Of a stretch of 64,000 nucleotides of DNA, positions 22,575 to 35,984 are shown piece after piece. Each line of letters opens with the position of its first letter. The stretch's first letter is position 1. The stretch is from NCBI GenBank assembly GCA_025603075.1, contig MU626332.1, positions 1-64,000 of the forward strand, read 5' to 3'. A program made the translations under genes and the position numbers. The notes beneath the pieces are model-generated. The model did not search any database. It worked only from the letters and a program-made list of their open reading frames with translations, and was not told where the DNA came from. The stretch is from Neoconidiobolus thromboides FSU 785. Its lineage: Eukaryota > Fungi > Entomophthoromycota.

Positions 22575-23294
22575 ATGAAAGAATTTAAAGGTTATGTTGA
22601 AGACATCCAAGATGCTTTAATCTTAATTGAGGCTAGTGTAAATGGCTACTTAGACCAAAAAAAAGCACGTTTAACATTTACTGAAAAGATGCAGATACGT
22701 AGTGGTACCACGTTTATCTTGAATGAAAATGATACCAATATAAAGAGATGGAGTGATGGTATTTCGTGGACCCCTTCTCGTTTAATGGATGGCTTCTTCG
22801 TTTATCAACAGCAATCTACTTTGCCTTATGACTCACATGATGCTGAAATTGTAAAAACTGACGTAGATAAACATCAAGTATTACATAAGAAATCAATAGT
22901 GATAGTAGCCCCTAACAACCATAAATTTCATCTATTTAATTATTATCGTCCCATGGATGTGTTAAATAACAAGCTTATCCTACCCAAAGCCAGCTCCTTA
23001 ACTAATATCCCTGGGCTTTTGGACGAACTACAAAAATATACTTATAAAGTTCAACCAAAGCCAAAACGTAAAAGAATTCCTCTTCCTTCTAGAATGGTTA
23101 TTAACCATAGGAGAACTACGCTACCTGATATTGATTTAAATTCCAAAAATAATAATGAAGAAGAAAGACTTTCGTTACCAAGTATTGGTGAAGCCATAAG
23201 TAAAGAGCTACCCTCTAATACTGCCCCAAATCCAAACATCTTCAGCATTGATCGTTATCATTTGGACAAGATCAATGAGTTTATACAACTATAG
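22575..23294 (+). CDS. Gti1/Pac2 (WOPR) family transcription factor, intronless
   Basis: FKGYVEDIQDALILIEA, IRSG-TF, IKRWSDGISWTPSR, GFFVY, LHKKSI, HLFNYY; C-terminal LPSI. Confidence 0.95.
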   Translation: MKEFKGYVEDIQDALILIEASVNGYLDQKKARLTFTEKMQIRSGTTFILNENDTNIKRWSDGISWTPSRLMDGFFVYQQQSTLPYDSHDAEIVKTDVDKHQVLHKKSIVIVAPNNHKFHLFNYYRPMDVLNNKLILPKASSLTNIPGLLDELQKYTYKVQPKPKRKRIPLPSRMVINHRRTTLPDIDLNSKNNNEEERLSLPSIGEAISKELPSNTAPNPNIFSIDRYHLDKINEFIQL

Positions 23295-25882
23295 TATATT
23301 TGATTCTTATTCGTTTTTTAGCTTCGTTCCTTTTATCCTTTAATAAAATAAAATTTAGTACTCTTGTTAGTATAGATGACTTTATTATTAGCTATTCTTT
23401 TAATTTTCTCTCTTTTACTATTATTGCTATTGTAATTATGCATTAAATAACAACTTAAGCAATATTATGTTCGTTTTATAATTATAATAAGGATATTATC
23501 CCTCGTATGATTTTCTTACTCTATTATAGTGTTATTCAATATGTAGCTATAAATATTTATTTTATTATTACTAAGCATAAAACTTATAAATAATTTGTGG
23601 AAAAAACCATAAAGTAGTTATACTTTAAACCAAACCAAAGCAAAGTAAATAAATGAAACTCAGCGAAAAAAATGACAAATGGAGATTTACTTTGATGTAC
23701 AAATAATAATCAATAGGTTCTTATTAAATAATAATATTAACTAACGAATTTCTTATCAAGATAGAAAAATACCGAAAAGTGCAAAAAGCTTGTTTTTAAT
23801 GGGCTAAAAATTAACCCGATAGCGACCAATAAAATGAAACAAAAATAAGTTTAATAGCTTAATTAATTATGAAGTTAATTAAGAGAATAAAACTCCCTGA
23901 CTTAAAAGGTGGTACGAGAGTGCAAAAATCCCATTAATTTATGATTAAGGTTATATAAAGTAAGCTTAAAATAAACTATATTTTATTACTATTCAAATTA
24001 CTTAGTTTAAAAAGAAAGTTCAGAAGAAAAAAAGTGGATACAAATCAGGTTAATACCATTTTAAAATGATGTAGTTCCCTCCTTGCACTTACTTTTTATA
24101 TTTACCCTTTATCAAACGTGTCCTATCGTTTTATAGATATGTATAAATAGTTTAAGGATAGAATAAAATATAATTGAAATAGGTAAATGAAAATAGTACA
24201 ATTGACTTTCCAAAAGTTTGATTTTTTGTCGAGGTGCAATTGTGTATGCGCAGAAAGTTGTTGAGGATTTGTTTATTTAGAAAAAAGGGGCACTAAATAA
24301 AGTAATTTTGAAATCCTCCTTTATTTGTTTTTATTTTGCATAAAAAGTTAAATCATATCGATTCTTTATACAATTGTAAACCATGTTGATTTATATGCAT
24401 ATAAAAAGCTTAAAACGGCTGAATCAATGTCTTTCATTTTATTAAAGAGGGGTTTCATATGGCTGCATCTACGAAAGGGGATTACCTATTATATTCTATT
24501 TCTTGTGTTATTTCCATTTTTAATATATACTTCCATGTTTTTTTATTTCTTCATATTAACATTTGATTTAGTACTCTTTTAATTCGTTATTTCTACCTAG
24601 CGATGCATTAACGAACAAAATAAAGTTAATAACAATCACTACAAAATTAATGACAATACAAAATAAAGGGGATTTTAATATATTGAATCTCGGTTATTTT
24701 TAAACAAGATCGAAAATATTAATGCTTGTTTATAATACATCTTCTTTAACGACATATATTACTGCATTAATGTCTTATTTTTCACCATTTTCCACCGTTT
24801 TATTTAGAAAATGATGGTAACTAAGGCTTAATTTACCATGTATGTTTAAAGTTTTGCAATTTAGCGAATAATTCAATTAGTATATATATAAAAGGATTAA
24901 TAGCGGAAGTAATAAAGTAATGTAAAATGGACTAAAATACAACTACTATAGAAACGTTTTATATCTTCGAACATAACATTAAATTTTAAGTTTAATTGCA
25001 CTTAAAATTAGGCTTTTAGTAAATGAAACTTAATTTAGTGCAAGGTTACGATTTTTCCCATATTGGTAAATAAAGGTTTAATATTGCTTATTCATGCTAA
25101 ATGAATTAATACTCTAAATTTATAGTTTGTGTTAGTTCTAAAATCAAAGTTTATTTACCTTTTTATTTTAATATCTTTTGCTTTATATTTAAAATAGTAA
25201 ATTGTTTTAATTAATTTTCAAATGGTAAATATCATTAATACTAAAAGATTTATTATTTTAGTATTGTAAGTTTTATAAACTATTATAATTTATAATAAAT
25301 TATTATAAACTATTATTATTGAATTTATAATAATAGCACAATTATTAATAATTAACAAAAGTCTTATTTAACCAATAATATTAATTTAAACCAAGTTTAA
25401 CAATTTAAAGTATATAAAAAATTAACATAAATGAAATTTAAGTTTCAATAACAAAATGATACTTCTAATACTTTAGTACATATTTAGTATAAAGTAGTAA
25501 AAATAAGATGATAGTATGTTGTTAAATGAAAAAGAGACACTCAATCAAAATGAAGTTTAACCTATAATAAGAAAGGTTTCCCTAAAATAGAAGCCAAATT
25601 CAAATAAAAAGAAATATTAAAAATTCCAAATAATGATGCTAAATGTTAAATGAAATAGGTGTATAATTATTTTCATCGTTTTATCTGTTTTTTGTGCACT
25701 TAAGCTTTTAGAAAAATATGGGCTAAGTCTTAAACAAAAAGACATTACGAAGTGGCTTATCAGAATAAAGAACAAAGTTCAATATGGAGATGACATTATT
25801 CGTTTTGTTATCTTGTTTTTTTATGCAATTAGAAAGTTAAAAAAATTATTAGTTGAATACTGAAAAAAGAGGTTTTCTATAT

Positions 25883-25984
25883 GGGGATAGGGAATATATT
25901 TTGTTTGAGAATTTTACTAATAATTTTTCCGTTCAAATAGTGTTTAAAAAGTGTAAAAGTGATGAAACCAGAAAACATATCCCT
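25883..25984 (+). mobile_element. Diverged MITE copy
   Basis: ATAT on both flanks; internal consensus recognisable. Confidence 0.85.
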
Positions 25985-27083
25985 ATATATATAAGCTTTT
26001 TTAAAGTTATTATTGTTTAATAAATGAACTCACCATTATAAACATAACTTATATAATGGTAGTTAATAATATAAAAAGAAATTTACATATATATCAATAA
26101 GTTTAGGTTATATTAGAGGACTAGAGTGACTTTAATACTAAATTGAATTTAAGTATAAATTTACAATTCAAAATCGTTAAAGGCACTTAACATATATTTA
26201 TTACTGCTTTGAAATCCAATTAGATATGTATTAGTTAATCAATCAAATATTACTTTATTTTACAATACCAACTCACTTCGACATAATTTAAATTATTTTT
26301 TATATTTTTTAATTACTTTAGAATAGTATCGGCTAAATTTTAAAATTGGTTCCAAAGATAAAATTTATGCTATTTAATAAAATTGATCTAGTTGCTATAA
26401 TTGAATGCTTTATGTTTACTCTAAATCTGCTACATAATTAAGATATAAACTAAAAGCCGTGTATCAGTGCATGGTTATATTTAATATACTTATAAAGTGA
26501 TCTAACAATAGTTGGTAAGTATATCAAATATCCCTGGACTATAGTTTTAATGTACGAATAGTTTATTTTTATAAATAATAATAAATACCAGACTTTGGTA
26601 ATAGTGTAAGTAAACAAAGGTTAAAAATCACTACATTTAAATAAATTAAACTTGATGAATATATTCATGTACTTAAAAGCCTGTTTTATTTAAGAGTATC
26701 CGACATTAGTTTTCTAGGCAATATAAAGGTATAAAAAAGTAAATAAGTTACATAATAACTTATATAAAAAATATAAGGTTTCTATTCTTAAAGTGAATGA
26801 CCACGCTTGTCTATAAGCATACTAATACAATGCTAAATGTTGTAAAGCACCTATAAAACGACCTGACTCTCTTGACCCTTTCTATTTAATTTAATTAACA
26901 CTTTTCTTTAAAAGGTCAAAGTTTTCCGAATAGATAAACTTAATAAAACCTGCAAACGATTTAAATCCTTAGACTAGTCTGATTCAATTTTATGTTGTTT
27001 GTCATAGATGATGTCTACTTTATACATATATAATAAAAATAGAATTTATTACAATTTATAAACTTTAAAGCTAAAAAATAAGT

Positions 27084-28240
27084 TCAATATACTTGCTCTA
27101 ATATAGGAAATGATTTTATAGCACTAGATATAGTAATAGAAATAACTGAAGCCAACATTGAAATTTTACAGTTTAAAATTAATTGGTCAAAGCCAAATCG
27201 AATACAAATATCTATGTTGGCTAATAAGGTAGTAAAATAACCAATAAGACAATCAGCTGTACCATCAGCACCAACAATTTTACCTTTAAATTTATAGGAC
27301 TACAATTTTGCAAACTTATTTTCACTAGAGAATATTAAGTAACCTTTTTTTACCTAAGTTTATAATAGTACATATCAATCAGTTATCTTATCCATCTCAC
27401 TTTTTTTACAATATCCTTTCCTATCTTTACAAATACTCTCTTACTTATCTCTTCATTGAGATCACTGTAAGTCTTAAAATAATTGTTTAATTCTATAGCT
27501 TCAGTTTGATTTAATACAACCATACTCAATTTTTTCCATGGTATAATTTCACCCATGTCGGACGAACAAGGAAAAGGGTTGTAAATGATATTCGTATCTA
27601 AATATTTACTATTTTATTATAAAATATATAAAGATTCTACCGTTTAGATAGGTATGATGAATGATTTCATCAACGTTATTAATTTCATTTTAGTACCAAG
27701 TCTGTTCATTAAAAAACAATTTTCAAATAAGGACCCAATCTCTTTTTTTTCATTCTGTTGGTTACACCCTGGATATAATATTTTACTCTATTCATCACAA
27801 TGTTCTGCTGTTTGAGCAATAATTTTTTAGTATACTATTTTCTAGTTTAATTCGATTTTCTAATCTAAATACCTTGACTTCATCTCTGAAAATACAATCA
27901 CTATCTACTCCTGCTTTTATCATTTCTTTCAATACATATTCTCCATCTCTCCCTATTCCTCCACAGTGATATACATCCTCGCACGCCTAATTTAATCGCT
28001 TATTGAATAAAAATATGAGATTCAGCCATTTATTTTTGCCGCAGCTACTAATTGATTAGCTCTTATCTCAGAGTAATATGTTCCTTTATAAAAACATTAA
28101 TCAGCCTTACCCTTACGGTCTAAAAAATGACAAACTTTGTTAGAATACTCTATATTTGCAGAGGAATTGCCTAGAAAGAGATTATGAACTTCATTGTTGT
28201 TGGTAGATCTGAAGTATATTGCTCTATCTATTTTATTTAA
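27084..28240 (-). pseudogene. Ribokinase pseudogene, tandem duplicate of 29596-30832
   Basis: Same exon order. NIIYNPFP, IPWKKLS, LNQTEA and GADGTADCLIGYF align to the intact copy. Several in-frame stops near 27300-27375; no start codon found. 5' boundary approximate. Confidence 0.85.
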
Positions 28241-29063
28241 AACAAGAAATTTAGAAATTTGTATTGACTTTTTTAATCAAAAATAATTTAATCAAAATAA
28301 TCAAATAAAATAGTGTAAAAATGATTGGCTAAGCAAGAAATAAGCATAGACGCCCAACTTTAACTTACAATGTATAATTAATTTTTCCTTTTGTGTTCAA
28401 ATAAGTTGGGTGTAGTAGTTTATAAGCCTTTTCCAACAACATTTATTTAAACGTCTCTTAGATACAATAGCTGTGAAAAAAATGATAAGGATTATTCAAA
28501 TTAAGAGTTACTTTTTAAAGATATTCTTTGAGCATACTATTTAAGATAATAAAGGGTTATGAGTTTTGCTGAGAAATGCTAAGTTTATATGATTTAAAAA
28601 ATATGAAATAACTTAAAAACTAGTTCTATTTTTAAACTTAGTTAACATTATAACATTGAGATATAGATTTCAACTTTTAAAACTATTCATATTTTATACA
28701 TGGTTCATACACCATCTCTTAACTCAGGTTTGGGGTTGTATTTTTAGTATAATCCATATAATCAGATATATTATTAGTTTTTCTACTCATAATTGAAAAT
28801 CTTGGCCAAATCTTAATTTCATGTAAAGGATTATAAATGAGAAATAAACAAAAAACGACAATTTTATTTTACAAAAGAATGAAGCCTACTACTATTCAAT
28901 ACTATTTAAAATTATAAGCATATAGCACATTTATATCAATATTTTATCTCTTAAGTGAACACCTAAAAAGAATATTTAAATTAAATAATTGTTAAAAAAA
29001 CTATTTATTTATTATTTTGTTATTAATAAACCCTATTTGACACTGTTTAAATTAATTTCATAT

Positions 29064-29302
29064 TTACAAATAATCCCGATGTTCAATGATAATGTACCAA
29101 GCGTGGATCATTCCTATTAACTATTGAGCTATTATTCTAGATTATAAATGATAAAATTACCTGGAATATATCCTAACAAGGTCAACCCAAGGTTAATCCA
29201 AAAATCAGCGCGTAAACCTCGTTTAATAAATACACCAACTGGTGGTAAGAAAAAGGATACTATGATCAATATGGCATCTCTATCCGATAAATTTATACCC
29301 AT
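29064..29302 (-). CDS. PMP3: Pmp3/UPF0057 plasma-membrane proteolipid (2 exons)
   Basis: Spliced translation MGINLSDRDAILIIVSFFLPPVGVFIKRGLRADFWINLGLTLLGYIPGMIHAWYII...; GT-AG intron at 29114-29160. Confidence 0.92.
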
Positions 29303-29595
29303 TTTACTCAGTTATATATTAAATTTAATTTAATTTATATTGGTTTTTGATTTGTTATAAAAAGTAAAATAAAATAAAATTTAAAAGTTAAACTTTTTAT
29401 ACTTTTGAGTTAAGCTTAGCTGAGTTTGGAAACGATTGGAATTCTCGCATCAGTTTGAAACTATTCTTACGTCATTATTTGCAAATTAAATTAGCTTTAG
29501 AATTAAATTACAAGGTTCAATTTATAAATGTAAAATATAGGGTTGAAAGGTGCTATTAGTTCATTTATAAAAAACAAAGTCGACAAAAATGAAAA

Positions 29596-30832
29596 TCATT
29601 CTAATTCACTACCGTAATTAGACTTTACCTCATCAAAAGCAGGAAAAGATTTCATAGCACCTGATCTAGTCACTGCAAGAGCTGAAGCAGCTGCACCAAA
29701 TTTACAAGACATAACTAGTTGATTGAAATGATATCGAGTAGAAGGATGAGCACGGCTTAATGAAGTGATAAAATAGCCTATAAAGCAATCACCAGCACCG
29801 GTAGTATCAATAACTTTATTTATGGGGCTAAACGAAGGTAATTTTTCAACTTTGGATCCATCAATAGAGAATAGTAAACAACCTGCTGCACCTAGGGTTA
29901 TTATAATGCTCTTTAATTGACTTTTTTGGTTCGTCTGAACTATTTTGCCCATAATACTTCTTCCTATAGCTATATACTCTTCTTCAGTCCCTTCTTCTTT
30001 CCTATTATTATTACTCGAGTTATTAAAGTAATCGTTTAACTCTTTAGCTTCAATTTGATTCAATACAATTACACTCAATTTATCCCATGGTATAGTTTTG
30101 CTTATATTTGTCGAATAGGGGGCAGGATTATAAACAATATCCATTTCTAAATAATAAATCTTGTTACAAATTAAAATAAAATATGATTACCATTTGAATG
30201 AGAATGTTTAATAATTTTATCAATATTATTAATTTCGTTTTGCAATAACAACAAATCTGATTTTTTAAAAAAGTTCTTTTCAAATAAATCTTTAATTTCT
30301 TTTTCTTGAATTTCATGGTTACACCCTGGATACAATATAATACTATTTTCTCCAGTATCTTGGGCGACTTGAATAATAGCTTTTCCTGTGTTCTATTTTT
30401 ATTAATACTTTTTTCCTTTTCTTTTCTTTTTTGATTACCTTAGTTTCGTCTATAATAGTAAAATCTAAGTTTACTCTAGCTTCTCCCATCTCTTTTAAAA
30501 TAAAATCCCCATCTCTTCCTATTTTCCCACAGTGATATACTTTCCCCCCTGCCTTATTTATTTAATTATCAAATAAAAATCTGAAATTTAGCAACTTACT
30601 TTTGCTCCTGCTACAGATTGATTAGCCCCTAATTTAAAATAATAAGTATGTAAAGTATAGTACCATTCTATTTCTTACCTTTACCACCCGAGAAATGGTT
30701 AACTTGATTAGAATATTGAGTTTCTCCTGGTAAGTTGATATGATGCAATCCATAGACCTCATCAATATTGATGGATCCAAAACATAATACTTTACTAATT
30801 TCACTGCTTTTTATTTGATCTTCGTTGCTCAT
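29596..30832 (-). CDS. RBK1: Ribokinase, PfkB family (5 exons)
   Basis: VLCFGSINID...PGET...GGK/GANQ N-terminus and DTTGAGDCFIG catalytic motif; short GT-AG introns. Confidence 0.92.
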
Positions 30833-30900
30833 TTTGTTCAAAATTTAAAAACACATAAATAAATTTAATTACAATTTTATTTATTATTCAGCCAATAAAA

Positions 30901-32682
30901 TCACTCATTTAGACAGGGATGAAACGCAAAATTCCATAAGAGAAAAGGATTAATAAATAAATTGGATTTAACAATAACAATAGTATTATCATCGCTATTA
31001 TTACTATTGCTATTATTGCTATTTGGTTCTATATTGCTAAAATAAAATAAAAGTAGCTGGTGAGAATCAACATAAAACAAATAGCCCATCTTGTCATTAA
31101 CAAAGTAAAGCCAGTCAAGGTTTATTTTTAGTTTCGGAATTAAATTTAACTTGATACTATTTGTTATAATTGTTAAATCAATAATAATATAATGATAAGC
31201 TTGTTTACCTTATCTCATATGAATTGTATAACTTGGTAAATTCTTGTTCAGTTTTTATGTGAAGTATTTGATTATTAACCTAAAAGCAACGATTAATATA
31301 TTAGTATATTGATAAACTACTGATTGAATACTACTTTATTAATTAAATTATCTTTAATGATAAAAATACTAGCTGACAATAACTGAAGATTATTTTTATT
31401 AACTAGCTCATTATTACTCTCATCTTTATTATCATCTTTGTTGTATTTTTGTTTATAGTATGAAGCCACCAATTGGTCGTTACAATTCAAGATGAACTTT
31501 TTATATTGGATGCTTTTGTATTTTAATAAGTGAACTTCCGCTTGTCTAAATAAATCAGAGTAAAATTTAGGATACTTTAAATATAACCGATATATCATGT
31601 CCAAGAAAAAATTCCTATTGTTCATTATTAAATTTAAATGGGCTATCAAATTACCATCTTTGCAATTGACGTATTTATTAATTAATTTACAATATAGCCT
31701 TAGTAACTTTTCATCTTTACTAATAATATACTGATACCCTAGATTGCCTATTAATATAATAATATCGAATACTTTTTTGGTTATCTCTTCATCTCCATTG
31801 CTATTAATGTCAATTAAGCTAATCTCAGCAAATAAAACGAAGCTAATTTCAATTTGGTCAAACTGATTAGATTGGTTTAATTTAACATTAATAAACTGTA
31901 TGATTTTATCTAAAAAATAGTCATAATAAATAGCATCATTATGAACCAGAAAGCGGATAATTTCCTGAATGATAACAAAATAATTGCTTTTTACTTTTGA
32001 AATATTATCAATTATCAAATTAATTATATACTCATAATTTTCTTTAATAATCAATTTTAACATTAATAGTAAAAAATATTTCAAATTACTTTCACTGGTT
32101 TGTTCATTAATATCAATTAGATTAACAACAAAATTAGAGTATGTAGTCTTATTTTGAATTAAATATGCTTCATTTTTTTGTATTTTACTAATTAAATTCC
32201 CCTTCTTTAGCCAATTTAAGTACAAAAAATTAATCTTTTCTTTTTCCTCTTCTTTCTCTTCTTCATTTTCATAAATCTCATAATTGTTAAACAGATGATT
32301 AAAATACTTCAAGCTCAACGCTATCAACTCGTTATTATTACTGTTTCTTAAATGATACTCACTTTCATTCTATAAAAAATATAAAAAATATAAACTAAAA
32401 TAATAAAACATACTTTGAAAAAATTCCTTATATTCCTATCCTTAATATCAAACATATGTTCCATACACCAAATTTTCAAATATAAGCTGTTAAATTGGTA
32501 TAAATAAAACACAAAGAGCTCTTGTCTTAATCCATAATTTATTTTAATTTCTTTGATCACTGTTTCCATTTTTTTCTCTTCTTTTATCCATATTACTTCT
32601 TGAATCTTTTTAATTATATCTATTTATTCATTAGTAAATTATCTTTATTTTCTTGTCTATTACTTTCATTTTCATCCTCCAT
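30901..32682 (-). CDS. Hypothetical multi-exon protein, probably helical
   Basis: ORFs 32348-32569, 31317-32327 and 30901-31089 lie on one strand with splice-like junctions; first exon MEDENE followed by a short GT-AG intron. No family recognised; 3' end uncertain. Confidence 0.55.
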
Positions 32683-33119
32683 CTTTTCAACTTAAAAACA
32701 AACAAAGTTAAAACTGATCTTATCTAATGCAGTCATGCTTATAAATATTGGCGTAAAATTCTGTTTGCTGTGAAAAATTATTTAACTAATTTTTTAGTCA
32801 CAGTAAATAGAATTTTACGTCAATATTTATGATCATGATTATAAACTATTTGATTAGAACACAATTTATAAAAAATAAATTGTTTTGATAAATTATTTAA
32901 AATTCCATAGTTTTCTAATCATCTATCTAGGTAAAGTTGATTTTTTAAAAGCTAAAAATATTACTCTTGATATTTATAACCATCATTACCTTTAAAAGCG
33001 TATAGGTTCTTGATGATACTATCCTTATTTGAGTATCCCTTACAACCTAAAAATTTAAATTTTTTGTGCAAAGGTGTAAAATATTTAATAAATATTCCTT
33101 AATCAACACAGTAAATAAG

Positions 33120-33192
33120 GCCTTCTTGGCTCAGTTGGCAGAGCGTCCGCCTAGTAAGCGGAAGGTCATTGGTTCGATTCCGATAGAAGGCA
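33120..33192 (+). tRNA. tRNA-Thr(AGU)
   Basis: Acceptor stem GCCTTCT/AGAAGGC, anticodon arm TCCGC-CTAGTAA-GCGGA, GGTTCGATT T-loop, downstream T-run. Confidence 0.95.
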
Positions 33193-33513
33193 ATTTTTAT
33201 AATCAGAAATACTATAATTTTAATGCAGATACTTAAATACAATGAAACAAGAATATCTTTACAATACGTTTGTTTAGCTTCTCTCTAATATGAAGTAAAT
33301 TAAGTAATACAAATAGTTGATTCGAATAAATACTTTAAAGAGATTAAATTCCATTACTTTGACTGTTTTAATTCAAATCCATTGATTTTTGAAAATAATA
33401 ATCCAAGTTTTTATTTATAGCTAATCACAGTATTATTTGTAGTCTTAGTATTAAATTTTGGTAAAATTTAAATATTTTATTAAATAAAAAATATAATGAT
33501 ACAATACCATCAC

Positions 33514-34894
33514 CTATTCCTTCCAATTTAACGAGTATGAAAGTGATTTAGGAACTTGATCAAATGCATCGGAATGATTCAAAAGATGTGGAGGAAGAAA
33601 TTCTTCTATGACTTGGTCTTCTTGAATAGTTGAAGGAATACCAACAGGCTTCATTTTGTTCATATGAATTGGTATTGGTACAGAACTTGAATATAAACTA
33701 TTACTCGTATTATCTACATTTTCTTGCTCTATTTTGAAAAATCATTATTAGTTTTTACTATTGTGTTCTAATAATATAGCATTTACCTAAATCTAATTTT
33801 ATATCATCATCATCATCAAAGGTTGAATACTTCTTAAATCGAGACGCATTCCATTTACCCTGAGCTACAAAAGAGCCAGGAATAACAGCGTTTTCGACTA
33901 ATGAATCATCAGTTTCATTAACTTCAAGGTTATTACTACTGTCTATTTTGATACTATTATTATTATCATTTATATCTTCATCTAAATCAAATAGATTTTC
34001 ATCGCCTTCGTCTTCGTTAATAGCATAATGGTCTTCATCTGAAGAGAAATCCGACATTTCCAAGTTACATGCTTTAGGTTTTATTGGTGGTGAATGTATG
34101 TCACCAATAGTAACATTAATACTATTTAAAGCAAAAGGATCTTTATTGTCTTGTCTTTGATTGATAATTAGTTTATTTTCGATCATTTGTTTCTCTTTTT
34201 TACTTTTATTTATCTTCTTTGAATATGCTTTCTTCTGTTTTTCAATAAACTCCTCAATCTTTAATTCCATTTTCAATAACTCTTTCTTCTCGAAATCTTT
34301 TAATTTGGCTAATAGCAGCTCATCATCTAAAAAATTGTCAATTCTTGCTCATGAGCTATTTTTCAAATACCTTACTTTTCTTTTCAATCCTTTTATCTAC
34401 TTCATCTTGAGTCACAACCATTCTAAAACATTTGGAATAATCTTCTCTCTTCCTTACAATTTCGGCTTTTTCCTCATTCTAATTATTTAACAATTAAAAA
34501 AAATTAGAATTTGTTTTGGGAACTTACTAGCAAGTGTATATTAAATAAGATTGGCCTTGTATCAGCCTGAAAAGCGGTTGAGTCTGTAACGTCATAGGCA
34601 TACACTTCATAGTTGCAATTAATACATTTAGTAAAACTAAAATGGTCTTTTATCTCTCTTTTTGTCAGATTAATATATTCCTAAGACAACATTTAAAACA
34701 TTACATATACTAAAGGAAACTAAATTTACCACAGCAGCTCCGTTCCTTTGCAACAACGACCATCTAAACCCTTGGAATATTTCATCATGAACCCCATCAT
34801 CAGCTTCTTCCTTTTTTAGTTCTGTTTTCAAATTTAATCTAATGTTCAAACACGGACAATAGTATGATTTATATTCTTTAGGTGAGCTATTCAT
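33514..34894 (-). CDS. Uncharacterised protein with Cys-motif N-terminus, coiled coil and acidic tail (4 exons)
   Basis: Joined exons give CPCLNIRL, CINC, a K/E-rich coil, LFDLDED, SSSVPIPI and FLPPHLL; stop at 33514-33516. Confidence 0.75.
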
Positions 34895-35984
34895 CTTTAA
34901 AATTTGAAATTGATTTTTAGTGATTTGTGGATGATATTTAGTAAAACTTTGCTTTTTATTGGTTGTACTAATTTACATTTAGTATTAGTCATAAATGTTT
35001 AATGAGTAATTTGCATGAACTTGGGATAGATTTGCGAAAAAGTTTAATTTAATAATTTGCAAATATTAAAGTTCAATTTAATAATAATCATTTTGTTTTA
35101 AATTCTATGTAATTAGAGGCATTGTGAAATTTACATATAAAATAAGATAATTTTTCCAGTTAAAAAAGATACAATTATCGAAAAATACAATTAATATAAA
35201 TCAACGTAATCAATTTTCATTGTATTTAATTTAAAAACCTTACTTATGCTAATAAACTGATAAAATTTATTCAAATATATGAAATTTTTGAAGTAAAAAT
35301 TTATAATGCTCATTGAGTGTATTCGATTTATATCAATAGAAAAGGACATTAAATATAATACTATATCATACTTTTGCTATCACCAAGGATCTGTTATAAC
35401 TTCTTATTAGCTTTAGAACTATATTTTATTCTTAATCTAAAAATTAAAGGGTTATATCAATAGCATTAGAGCTTATTTTATAAGAAAAATTTAATTATTA
35501 AATAAAAGAGTGTTTTACAAAAGTTGACTTTAAGTTATCTAATTTGAAGGAATAGAAACTATAATTAAAGGAGACACTTAATACACAATTCAAGTTATTT
35601 AATTCCAATTAGAGTCATAGTAAATATGAACAGCAAGCAAATAAAATAAGGTTCTAAACTTAAGTCATAAGATTTGAGTACAGAAATAGTTAAGACTAAG
35701 ACTAAAAATAAAAGTCAAATAAAAGGAGTCGAGCTTAAGACTACACTTTAAATAATAAATAAATAGATTTATTTATTAAACATATTTAAATATTTTATTT
35801 TATTTTATTTTTAATAATCAGCTACATCAATTTTGGAAATTAAAATACCAAAACTACTTTATTAATCCTGCCAAACCAACTTGTTTAAAAATATAAAATT
35901 AGTAAGAACATAAAATAAAAGAAAGCTGACAAAGAACATATAAATAGATAAAGATTTCTTCTTTAACTCCTTATTTTAAATTAA

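Noticed and set aside
23051-23248. 65-aa minus-strand ORF
   Set aside because: Antisense shadow of the WOPR gene.
25654-25863. Open frame containing YGDD (RT-like)
   Set aside because: The upstream PQG-type motif is missing at the right distance; a 4-residue match is not enough.
26700-27020. Possible integrase core relic on the minus strand
   Set aside because: Only vague SD and AYR matches across frameshifts.
29383-29396. AAGTTAAACTT resembling a WOPR binding site
   Set aside because: Such A/T-rich motifs are expected often by chance at this base composition.
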